A stretch of DNA of 64,000 bases from NCBI RefSeq assembly GCF_025526975.1, contig NW_026515686.1, positions 1 through 64,000 on the forward strand, read 5' to 3'. This document shows positions 1 to 10,710 of the stretch, one piece after another. The first letter of the stretch is position 1. Each line of letters opens with the position of its first letter. Source of the DNA: Fimicolochytrium jonesii. Taxonomy: Eukaryota. A program made the translations under genes and the position numbers. The notes beneath the pieces were generated by a model. That model did not search any database and was not told where the DNA came from. It saw nothing but the letters and a program-made list of their open reading frames with translations.

Positions 1-973
1 AATTGTTCGGGCGATGAAAGTGGATGCGGAATTGCAGGAGAAAGCCCTTTGCTTTGCTAACAAAAGCCTGGGAGAGCAATTACTTCGTCTCTATGTTGCA
101 GTCGAAGAAATCGGAAAGCATAACAAAACGGCGCATAAACTGCAAACGGAGTCTTGGGAACCTAGTGAAGAGCTCAAGGTAATGTTGCATGGACGTGCCA
201 TGTGGATTCCATGCCAGCGCACTTATTCGCTTCTGTACCTCAAATAGACCAACGTTCGCCGCGAAGCCAATCGCATCACCAGAAACCCGCTCACAAAATC
301 CTACGTTGGCAATATGAAGACCTTGACGCAAAAAATATTCGATAAACAGTGGGGCGTCACCAAGACCAGTGGTCTAGTACCCGCTCGGTTCAAGGCGGTA
401 TCGAAACGCGCAAGTACGGCACTTTCCCGTGTGAAGGCTGATATGAAGCGCGTCATTTGGGACAACAAAGCAGACTCCATCAACAGGGCGAAATTAGACG
501 TTTTTGCCCACGATTTGTTTGGAGTAAAAGTGGTAACCGAGAATCACCTTGTGGGAGCAGCCATCCTTCAAGCCATCACAAGGGAGATGAATGCAGCAGA
601 CCGTGCACCCAAGCAATACTGGATAGCTGTCTCTAAGGTGACCGCCTTGAATCTACGCACAAATGCGGACGAGACAACGTGCCCCTAACTCAGCAATGAC
701 ACCCCACAACTACAGAAGTTGGAGGCCATGTACAAGATGGATCCAGCCGCTCGCAAGACTCTGATTGACAAATGTGTCAAGAATGACAGAATGCTCTACG
801 TCGACAGCTCTCCGTCGTTCAACGTTGACGGAAATGATGAGGACAAGGATGATCCCAATCAGTCTGATGGAGACGGAGAGCCAGTCACTAAGAAGAAGGT
901 GCCCGACCACGTTGACGATTTCGGCGACGAGGAAGACGGCCTCTTCAGTGATGACGATGGTATCTCTGCGTGA
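1..973 (+). CDS. 3' part of a spliced hypothetical protein (exons <1-178, 248-637, 716-973), acidic C-terminal tail; possibly transposon-associated
   Basis: ORFs 14..247, 314..688 and 719..973 share one frame and are joined by GT-AG introns 179-247 (gtaatg...aatag) and 638-715 (gtgacc...ctaac...tacag). No family recognised with confidence. Confidence 0.55.
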
Positions 974-2487
974 ATGATCTTCCAGCAATCCGTCAGCAAT
1001 GCCTCTTCAATTCTTACGTGCACATATCAACATGTTCGTCATTTCCTGGGTACGCAGCCTCCGTCGGTACCGCCAACACACTCCCACTTATTTAAAGGAC
1101 GATACCACCATCCGTTGCTCCTCACTCAGCTCGTCGCCATTTCCTCGCCACTCCCACAGTCCCCCAAATAAACCCGCAACCGTGTCGTCGCCCAAAGTAG
1201 CCTCCCGCGTTGTCGTAAGTGCATCCGGTCGCAACCTCACAACCACTGCCTCCAACGACCAACGACTCCATCATTCCACAACCCACGACAAGGCGGCTTC
1301 TTTCCCAGCACGTACTACCCACGGTATCAACTCTCCTTCATGAAGTCTTACTCTCTTCGTCGCACTTGGGACTCCTGGATTGAGGTGTATTTCCCGTTTA
1401 CACCCTTGCTGCCCTTTGCTTTCCAAGTCGCCACTCCACCGCAGAACATCATCGGATCACGAGTAGATGTCTACACACATCCATGAGTGGAGACGACAAA
1501 TCGGTGTCAGCTGTGTGTCTGGGGGAGCTTCCTGTGCTTCGGGTGGGACCACTCTTTTGCCCCCGCCTTGAGGGACTTTGAAAATTTGTACATATTGCAC
1601 CGTGTATTAACCCTGATTCTGCAATAGATGTTCATATATGATATTGGATATGATTTTCACGTCCATCAGCGCGTGATTCGGATGTCGCCCAAAGATGTGA
1701 ATATCACGTCCCTCGCATTTCCAAAGTACGTGCAGCTGCATATGATGTGCACATTCCAGACAAAAGGAGGTGAAAAACACGTCCGATGCATGTGAACGGG
1801 GTGTCCGGCAGGAAGTGCGTCGGATGTGCGCCGGAAGTGAAAAACACATGTGCACCCAGAAGGAAAAAACATGTGCGAACGGATGTGAAAAGGAAGTGCA
1901 GATGGAGATGCGACGCAGGTCAAATGTCATGTGAAATGCAGGCCCGTCATGATCCAGGTTGTACAAATAGTTATTTCTGTCTGCTGCCCGGCTCAGAAGG
2001 ACATTCTCGTTGATGGGTTCAACCTACATACACCTGTACTGGCAAGAGTGACGTCAGCTACGTGCCGGTGCAGGTTGAAGTTTCACCCCGTGTCCACTTA
2101 TCAATGTTACAGTACAGAGAGTAAAGAACTGTACTACAATAGGGCGTTTCACTAGCCCCCAATAATCGAAAACAGTAACGGCAGATAATCGCGAGATTAG
2201 CGAAACTGCGAGCGCGTTTGGCGACGCTTCCAGAGTTCGTGCGCGCAGGCTCCCCCCAATCACGTCCCGATGATCTGTCGGGCTTCTCCCAATTTCTGGG
2301 GCTAGTGAGGCCCCCGCTCCCCAGTTCCGCTACTCCAGGGTGTAGAAAAACAGGATTCTCGGGGGGAGAGCAGCAAAAAGGCCTCCAGCAAACCTGGGGT
2401 CTTCAGGACCCTGCGGGTGTTCCGCCTCCCCGCCCGCACCAACAACAAACCCCCCTCACCGTACACCCCCCCATCGCCCCCGACACC

Positions 2488-3860
2488 ATGTCGTCTGCTG
2501 ACGCTGGACCCTCTACTGCCGGGGCTCCCGGGGCCCGCAAGCCCCAGGCAAAGAAGCCAAGCGCGAAGTCCGCTGCGGGGAAGCAGCAGGCGGACGGTGC
2601 ATACGCTTTTTGGGACGCCAAAGAAGAGGCGCTCTTGGTGGATTGGCTCTCTACGGGCAAGAACTCCAAGGCCCTGCAGCATCGCGACACCCCGGAGGCC
2701 AACGGGGTCAACAGCTCGAAGAAGGATAGGCGAACGGACGTGATTCGGAAGATAAAAATGTTCATGTATGAGAACCGAAAGGACATGACCGAGACTCGCA
2801 TCAAGAACAAGCTTGCACAGTGGGATAAGAAGTTCAAGGAGGCCAAGTTTCGATTCAATCAGACGGGGGAGGGTCTCACGGAGGAGGAGAAGAGGAATAC
2901 CCCCAACATACAGGCCTATATCATCAAGATCTTTCCGTATTTCTTTGAGCTTGAGCCTTATTGGTCCCGCGCTGGCACGACGGCCTTGCACTCGGTAGGG
3001 TCTCAGGAGTCAATGGCCGCCTTGTCAATCTTGCCCTCGAACCTCGCCGCCGCGCTGGTCCCGGGGGCCCCGCCACAGTCACCTTCGCTTTGTGAGGCCG
3101 GGATGCGGCCGGGACGCTGGGACGAGGCCGGGACGCCGGAGGACTCGGAAACCGCGGGTCCCATGAAACGCCGCAGGACACGCAGTCCGAGACGCAGAAC
3201 CCGTCGGAGACGCCGCCAGACACGCCGCCAGACACGCAGGAGCAGCTGGGGTCGCAGCTTCACTCCCAACTGGGAGATTTTGCGCATATGGAGTCGCAAA
3301 TGGCCCTGGAGGACATACTGGAGGGGTCCACGGCCGGCGATGGGGAGTCCCCAACCAATGGGGGGCCGTCTAGCGGTTTGCAGAGTCATGATACACCCGC
3401 TCCTCCTGTTCCGGTGGTCCCCGCTACCCCCGTAGTGCCTGCCACAGCATCCGGGGGGCAGGCCTCTGGCGCGCAACCCCTCTCCAGCGCTCGTAAGGCT
3501 CTGTACCAGGTGCGAACTAGTCTGTCTACCACCGCTAGCGCGGCCGCGTCCGCCCCGCACACGCCCGCGCAGGCGACTACGAAAGCCACTAGGAAGCGAA
3601 AGAGCTCCGCCGTATCGGATCTCGCGGACCCCGTTACGTCGGATGACGAGGCCGGGAAGAGCGGGGCAGGTAGTAGTTGCAGCGCCTGGGCGAAATCCGG
3701 GATGATGACTGTCGTCAGTGACGTGATGGCGGGCCGGGGAGACCGAACTCGCCTCAAAATGGATATGGAGGAGCGCCGCATGGCAAGGGAATCTGTGCTG
3801 GATGAGCAGATACTTGAAGAGAGGCGGTTGGCCAGAGAGGAGGCCAGTCAACGCTTTTAG
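2488..3860 (+). pseudogene. Harbinger Myb/SANT-like DNA-binding protein, disrupted (frame change near 3060-3160)
   Basis: Motifs WDAKEEALLVDWL...IKNKLAQWDKKFKEAK..NQTGEG...IIKIFPYFFELEPYW are typical of the Harbinger second ORF. The C-terminal low-complexity/coiled-coil part continues in the frame of ORF 3288..3860. Confidence 0.75.
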
Positions 3861-4006
3861 TTGGAGGTATGTCCAAGCAACTTGCCACAACGGGCGGAGA
3901 CTTGACTCCGCCGCCCCTGTCATACGGAGACATGTGACGGCGCACCTCCTAGCTCTCTTGTTAGTGAAGAGTGAGGGTCCTGCTCGGGGTCCTGCTGGCC
4001 GTTCTG

Positions 4007-4774
4007 ATGACGCTTGCAGAACTGCGGGACATGTTCGAATGGGTACCAACGGACGAGATATTCAAGGCCATTGCACGATCCGCGACGACTGACTATAAGG
4101 TGACCCGGGACCTGGCGATCGCGCGTTTGAAGTCCTTGCCGTCTGGTACGTCAGACAGTTCGTTCCTTGTGTTGTTCCTTGTGTGTGGCGGACCCCACTG
4201 ACCCCGTCTTCCGATAGCGCGCCTGCTTGTCACCCCGAGGCGCGCGGCGTCACACCACCAAGATGCACCAGCTGGCACGGGGTTGAAACTCCTCGCGGCC
4301 ATTGAGACTCGCATGGCAACCACCGCGAGCAGTGGCAGGATCACGGCCCAGGAAGTGATCAAGTTGGGGAGTAGCGACCCCGAAGATGTTGACCCGAACT
4401 ACGGTCCTGCAGGGGCGATTGAAGTGATCGAGGTGAACTCGGATGAGGAAGAGCGTCAACGAAAGCGACTCAAGAAGGGTAAACGGCGCGCAACAACCCC
4501 TCCCCCAACAAGCAAGAACGGACCCCGCGACTACTACTCGAAAGCGCCGGGTGGGTCAGGCCTGACCCACGCTGAGAGAGACGCTATCCCGGGCGCTCCC
4601 GTCGCCCCCGCCGCCCCGGTCGCCGCTCCCGCCGCTCCCGCCGCCCCGGTTGCATTTGACCCAGGTCCATTTGAGCGGGTCCGCACGCCGTACCATGGCA
4701 CAGGAGCGGGCAAGAAGGAGGACACAAGAGCGAAAGGCAAGAAGAAGTACACGGGCGCGAAAGCCAAGAAGTAA
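4007..4774 (+). CDS. Third (cargo) gene of the Harbinger element; exons 4007-4145 and 4218-4774; CUE-like N-terminus, SIM-like motifs, basic NLS-like stretch
   Basis: A 72-nt intron 4146-4217 (GTACGT...CTGAC...ATAG) joins ORFs 3971..4201 and 4283..4774 in frame, removing the stop at 4199-4201. The start codon is uncertain. Confidence 0.5.
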
Positions 4775-5095
4775 CGCCCGTAAGTAACATTCCTCTACCA
4801 TGTGGGTCGTACGCCCGGGCCCCGCAGACACTTACCCTTTGACGTCCAAGACAGCTTCAGAATATTGCGGAGGCCGAGCGGTGTGCACGTGGGCAACCGG
4901 TGCGACAAGCGAGCAAGGAGACCTCTCCAGCGCTACTAGCAAGGAGAGAGTTGTGGCAGCTTCGCAAACGGGGTGGGAGAGAGAGGAGACCGGGCGTCAC
5001 GGGCCCTAACGTGAATATATCGTCGGCAGAAACAGCATTCTTAGTTATAGCGCTTGCAGGAACAAATACAATACACCTTGCGCCACGCACCCTTA

Positions 5096-6353
5096 TCATT
5101 CCACCTCCAGGCGTTTCCGAAGAACGTAGTCCCAAATGCTGTGCCTATGGGGATCCGCCTCCCGACGCGAAGCGGGGGTCGTAACGTCCGGCACCCCACC
5201 ACCACCGGCGGCCGTAAACGCATCGAGGTCCCGCTCGCCCCACTCTTGCGGATACCCGTCGTCCATCAGCCAGTTGTGCAGCATGCAGCACGCCCGGATC
5301 CACGCATTCGCGTAACGGTCGGAGTCCGCGTCCTTCACGACGACGCGGAGTCTGCGCAGGCTCGGAAAACGACCCTTGAGGCGCCCATTTGTGTGCTCGT
5401 TCACGATGCACAACTGCACGATGTAAGTGTTGAACTCCTTGTTCACGGAGTTGTCCGCGTGCGGTCGCTTCATGCTGGCAAGGACGGTAAGGGTGTTGGT
5501 GTACCCGCTGTCCCCGATGAGATATTCGTTCTCTCCGAAGTACAGGTCTGGCTGCAGCGCCAAAGCCAAATGGCTGAACAACGTTGTGGGCGCTCCCGCA
5601 CATTCCCGTGTGAACGTAGGTAATCCGTCCCGTGTCATCGTTGACCACCATCACGTTGAGACTGTGTATCCTCTTCCGGTTGAAGAAGTCCTCCCCATCT
5701 ACACCGGGCTTCTGGAAAAACACAGCGTGTGTCCCGTCCGCAAAGCCGATGCAGTTCTTGAAGAATGACTTGCGGTAGATGCGCTCCTTGATGAGCTCCT
5801 TCCCTTGGGCCGTGGGCCAGTCAAGCCAGCCGCCGCGGCTACCGACCTCCTCAATGGCCGCGAGGACCCAGCAGGTGTAGTTACCAACGCACCCCTCGGA
5901 TACCCCCCACATGCGAGCGATGCGGCCCACGCGGGCCCCATTGCCATACTGCCCCAACCGAGATAGAGCGACGAATAGCTGAAAAGATACGGGCTCCTGC
6001 GGCTTGATGGCGGAATTTCTGGACTGGAAGACTGGGTGATCCTTGACAAGGTCGAGCAGTTGTCCATATGCTGTGCGGCTCATGCGCACCTCGTTCAGCC
6101 ACCGGTTGTCGTCCAGGGTGTGCAGGAGCCCCCGAGACAACCATTTGGGGACGGGGTCCAGCGAAGCCAGGTACCTCTTGCTCATGAGTGGCACCAGGAT
6201 GTCGAACTCGAGCTTGGCTTCCGATTCCAACGACGACCCGGCCCACGAGTCTTCGTCGCTAGTCCCGCCGTCGAAGTATCCCACCACCTCCTGGAGGACA
6301 ATGCGCTCGGCGAGCTCCGCGATCGCCCGCTGACGGTCAGACGTCCCAGGCAT
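5096..6353 (-). pseudogene. Harbinger DDE transposase (DDE_Tnp_4/HARBI1-like), frameshifted near 5580
   Basis: Motifs CIGFADGTH, FFNRKRIHSLNVMVV and GMCGSAHN in one frame. YLIGDSGY, FN...IVNEHTNGRLKGRFPSL and ACCMLHNW in the next frame. Confidence 0.9.
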
Positions 6354-6843
6354 GTTGGGCTGGTTGAGGTCAGTCTGTTGCTCGGCGTCCTCAGACTCCT
6401 GGGACCCATGGGGTGAGGGGCATGTGGGGTCAGGGTCCAGGGCTGCGCCGCAAGGACCCTGCACCGCAGGGAGAAAATCGGGGGGTGTGCAGATAATCGG
6501 ATTATGTGGGGCAGAAAAAACACCCCAAACGCAGCTTTTTCTGCACACCCCAGATCAGCGAAACCGCCAATTTTTGTCGATTTTCTGGGGTGCGATGGGG
6601 GGTGCGCTGGGCCCCGGATGACGTGTCTTGGGGGGCCGATCGGGGAGCGCGTAGCAACCGCGTTCATGTGCGCGCTGGAATAATCGGCAGATAATCGCGA
6701 GATAATCCGAGCAAAAGTCCGATTATGTGGGCTAGTGAAACGCCCTAATGTATTCATTCGAGATCTCACTGTGCGGCCCCGAGCGTCACAACTCTACGTA
6801 CTGTATCCAACAGTTTGCCATAGGTGTATTCCGTTTATTCATG

Positions 6844-8262
6844 CTAAAGATCATCTAGTGACACTCCACAGTGCATACGAGTGACCTCGAGCGATTTGGC
6901 CGGGCCATTGGGTTCAGGTTGACAAGAGCGCATAACTGGGAGCGAGCGATGACCCGCGGCTGTCAGACTCGACATGATTGCGGACCATATGTACCCATCC
7001 CCTGACTTTGAGATCAGTAGGAAAACGTCTTCCGACCCGTTGCTGTGCGTCGGCAAGAACCCCTCGATGCCATAATCCTTGCCCACTTCTTCCCAATACA
7101 TATCCCCTTCGGCCACAACGACGTCTGTGATCATTCCCCATCTGGCAAGTGTGTCCCCCAAGATGGAATATTCTGTGCCACCGGCAGACGGTCGCAATTC
7201 GTGCACTGGCGATCGAACCTTGCACGGGGGGACCTGATCTTCACAGCCGCCGTGAAGACCTCGCACGTTGGTTGAATCTTCTCGACCACCATGTAAGGAA
7301 AACTCTCCCCGCAAGCGGCCCACCCGTGTTTTTCCGTGCTCGTCAGAGGCGCTCCGCTCTCGGCCCTCGGGTGCAGGGATGGAAAGGCTTTCAACCGCTC
7401 GGAAATCTGTTCTTCCTTCAAGTCCTTGGCCGGCGCGGAGGCCGAGACGCCGAACAGAGCCAGGTATCCTTTTTGTGTCTGGAACCACGTGACGCTTGCC
7501 TTGAAAGGCGTGCTTCGGCCGTAATACGACTATCCAGAGTGCTAGTTGGCCGAGATGGTTCTGAACTACGACGTCGTCGGTAATGGTGGCGCGATTCTTT
7601 GGGACTAGAAGGAACAGAGTATACGCCAGTGCCAAAGCGTCGAATACGTTGCTTATCGGTAAGCTGGTACCCAACAACATGCTGTGGAGCGGGTGGCATT
7701 TGTTGTCCTTCTTTCGGAACGTGATTTGCTCGTGCAACATAACGGCTCGTCAGCAACGGCTGGAGATACCTGAAGGGTTGAAAAAATGCTGTCTCCAGAG
7801 TTTGTAATGGCAGCCTTCCCCGGCTTCGTTCGGAAATGGTTTCCCATATCTGTGCAGCAAAGTCAATGATGATGTCGTTTCAAGTGCAAGTTGCAAACTG
7901 TGTATACCTGTTCCGCAGTCCATTCTTCGTCTCTTAAATAAAGTGTCATACAATGTCCTTAGCACCCTCACGACTCCGCAGCCAGCCCCACGTTTACTTC
8001 CCGGCTCGTTGTCTTTTTGCATGCAGCGGAGCCCGGGAAAGGCAGCAAGGGGAAAAGGATCCTAAAAACGTGAAGACAGAAAGCTAACGAGTCTGGGTTC
8101 GTTCTCAGCAGGACACCAGCTGACGAAGGACTTGATACGATGGGACAGCAGCTTGGTTGCCTTGCAAAAAGTGGCTGGTTGTCGGTCAGACTTATTCAAA
8201 GCCTGCGGACCGCTCACGCTAGCGTGCGATTTTGTTTCGATATGTCCAAGCTCCAGAATCAA
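6844..8262 (-). pseudogene. Possible decayed gene of unknown family
   Basis: ORFs 8062..8262, 7750..8022 and 6844..7740 are in the same frame, separated only by single stops (TAG 8062-8064, TGA 7750-7752). Confidence 0.35.
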
Positions 8263-8294
8263 TCCGAGACAAATGTGTACTATACAGTACAGTA

Positions 8295-8491
8295 GGCTGC
8301 CAGATATCAGGTTACGACGGGTTGTTGAGCCTCCCTGCGCAACCCCCAGAGCCTGCTGTCAGTCCAGCCCTGGGCTAGCGGTCGTGCTGAAAGGATTGGC
8401 ATGGGGGTCGGCAACATGAGCCGGTGGCCATGCTCGGAATGATGTGTCCTTCGGGCGTCGTAAGTGACTCGTAACCTGATATCTGGCAGCC
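8295..8491. mobile_element. MITE, 197 bp, 23-bp perfect TIRs, TA flanks
   Basis: GGCTGCCAGATATCAGGTTACGA (8295-8317) and TCGTAACCTGATATCTGGCAGCC (8469-8491). TA at 8293-8294 and 8492-8493. Confidence 0.8.
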
Positions 8492-8945
8492 TATACCTGT
8501 ACGGTATATTACTAGCCCTCGCTCCCTGGGATTAAAATCAACGATCATAGTTCACGTGGGTGACCCAACACTGAATTCGATTAGGAGAGGGTTCCCGCCG
8601 CAGTGGTTACCGCGGATCAGGAGCCGCGTGAAAATTTAGCCCGACATGCCGAAATCGGTAATAGATGTGTGGACACTGGATAGTAACCAGATTCGACCGG
8701 CCCTCCGGAAAAGCCACCCCTGACTTCCTAAATTTTGTGTATCAGAATTTGTTGCCGGTCGGAAAAGATGTATCCTATCCTATCTTCTGTATAGGTGTCC
8801 TATGTACATTTATATACCGTAGGTGGCGGAGGACCTTTCCTGTTGTAGCAACCCATATCACCTTCGTGAATGCATCTCTAGTTTTTGTTCAGAGACTCTG
8901 TGCCTGCCTGCCTTGACGTTCTGTCCGTGAACTTCCTGCCGACCA

Positions 8946-10283
8946 ATGTCGAACAGCCCCCGGAGCGTCCAGTCCGCCGCGGGCGACCTTGCAGATGCCG
9001 GTTCGCCCCTCTCATCACCAGCGACCTCCCCGTCTTTAACACGCCGCTCGGCGAGGGCGAGATTCAATCCGACAGGGAATCGAGCTGGTTCCCGCCCGGC
9101 GTCGCCCACCGCGTCTGTCGTCTCTTCTTCGCCAACATCATTGAAAACCAAAGAGGAAACCGCTCACTTCAGGAATGCTCAACGAGAGCGGTGCGTTTCG
9201 CGTGACGGCACAACGGATGAGGATCTGCTGTCGCGCGTGCGGGCGCTCGGACTGGAGCTTGCTGACTACGACGCCCCCAACAGTCTTGTGGGCGAACTAG
9301 GGTGGCACCATCTTCTTTGCAAACAGCTCTTTGCCCGCGTCCCGTATGAGGAGCTCCCTCCGGCAACGCAAACCCTTCTTGCGCCCTTCGTCCTCCCTGA
9401 AGCCCATACATGCGGAACGCTGTTGGACGTCGTATCATTTACCAAACAGGAGAAGGCGGCGTTCGACAAATCTCGTGCGCTGATGGGTGTTCCATGGATG
9501 GTGGTGACGCCAAGGACAGAATCGGTCTTTCAAATTCATATTTACATGATACTGAGAGAGTTTTTCGACTACGCCGTCAACGTAAACGAGAAGAACAAGG
9601 TCCCCTATGCGTGTATGCCAGGATACCGCCTGGGCATCCCCGATATCGCCGCCAATTGCCGCGGTGCTGCCCTGGACAGCGGTCTAAGCCCCAATGGCAT
9701 GGGACACGAGAGGTTCGTTCCAGCCGCCATAATTGGTGAAGTCAAAGGGGATGTCAGTCCGGTGAGCGCCGAGCCGCAACTAGCCTCGTATCTTGGCGGC
9801 CAAGCGGTTATGCTTCTAGCTGCAGGTGTACCTGCCGATCAGGTTTACGTCGTTGGGTTCACTTTGGGAGGATGGCAAGTCGTTTTTGGAGCAGTAACTG
9901 TGCGCCCCAATCCCGACAATCCGGCCGCAGCGCAGTTGGTGTATACGCGGGTGTTAGATTTTGGACGGTTGGACCTCGAGAGTTCATGGCAGGCGACTGG
10001 CGTTGCGCGAATGCTGGTGGCTCTGGCTCGTTTGCGGAAAGACTTGGAGGATAAATTGCAGAAGGATGGAGGTTTCTTGTTCCGCGCCGCTGCCGATCAC
10101 TTCGACACGGACGACGAAGCAGATGACGACGACGACGACGCCGTATTCCTGGCCGCCTCTCGTTGCCACGAGGGCAGCGACGAGACAGTATCTTCTTCGG
10201 CTCTTCAGGGCCCGCGGTCAAAGTATGCAGAGGTACTGGACTGGGTGGCCGGTGTTGGAGCGGCGCATGCGGAGGATGCCTAG
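8946..10283 (+). CDS. PD-(D/E)XK restriction-endonuclease-fold protein (CR/Crinkler-effector REase-like), 445 aa, intronless
   Basis: Motif series GIPDIAA...AIIGEVKG....AEPQLASYL...VYVVGFTLGGWQVVFG fits the PD..ExK..Q pattern of eukaryotic REase-fold domains. Confidence 0.6.
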   Translation: MSNSPRSVQSAAGDLADAGSPLSSPATSPSLTRRSARARFNPTGNRAGSRPASPTASVVSSSPTSLKTKEETAHFRNAQRERCVSRDGTTDEDLLSRVRALGLELADYDAPNSLVGELGWHHLLCKQLFARVPYEELPPATQTLLAPFVLPEAHTCGTLLDVVSFTKQEKAAFDKSRALMGVPWMVVTPRTESVFQIHIYMILREFFDYAVNVNEKNKVPYACMPGYRLGIPDIAANCRGAALDSGLSPNGMGHERFVPAAIIGEVKGDVSPVSAEPQLASYLGGQAVMLLAAGVPADQVYVVGFTLGGWQVVFGAVTVRPNPDNPAAAQLVYTRVLDFGRLDLESSWQATGVARMLVALARLRKDLEDKLQKDGGFLFRAAADHFDTDDEADDDDDDAVFLAASRCHEGSDETVSSSALQGPRSKYAEVLDWVAGVGAAHAEDA

Positions 10284-10710
10284 AAGGTTTATATTCAAAA
10301 GGCTTGATGAAAATCAGGAGATAAATTAAAAGAAACTAGAAGTGATCAAGAATATCCGGGCTGCAGACGTTGTGAGGCAGATGTGGCATGTTGCAATCTT
10401 CCTTTGTTTCAATAAAGGTGCGTCAATTCCCAACATTTCAACCACATGCAATACGCGGGAGGCGACAAGCTGCGAGCATACCTGATTCGGAAGGGTCCCT
10501 TCAGAGCATTGCCCCGTCCTCAATTACACAATCTGAGTACATCCTCCTGATCGCATCTATTCACAATGAGTTTCGGACATACATTGGCAGGAACAATGCA
10601 GGTGCCCAGCGAACCGGAATTGGGGGGAGTTATGGGTTCACCCCGGCAGCATATTCTTATGTCGTCACGATTATACGCAAACGGCGTGAAGAGGACCGCA
10701 ATGTAAACGA

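Larger units (their letters stand above)
2141..6746. mobile_element. PIF/Harbinger DNA transposon, 4606 bp, decayed
   Basis: Perfect 18-bp TIRs AGGGCGTTTCACTAGCCC (2141-2158) and GGGCTAGTGAAACGCCCT (6729-6746), with imperfect extension into ATAATC. 3-bp TSD AAT at 2138-2140 and 6747-6749. Convergent Myb/SANT-like and DDE transposase genes inside. Confidence 0.93.
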
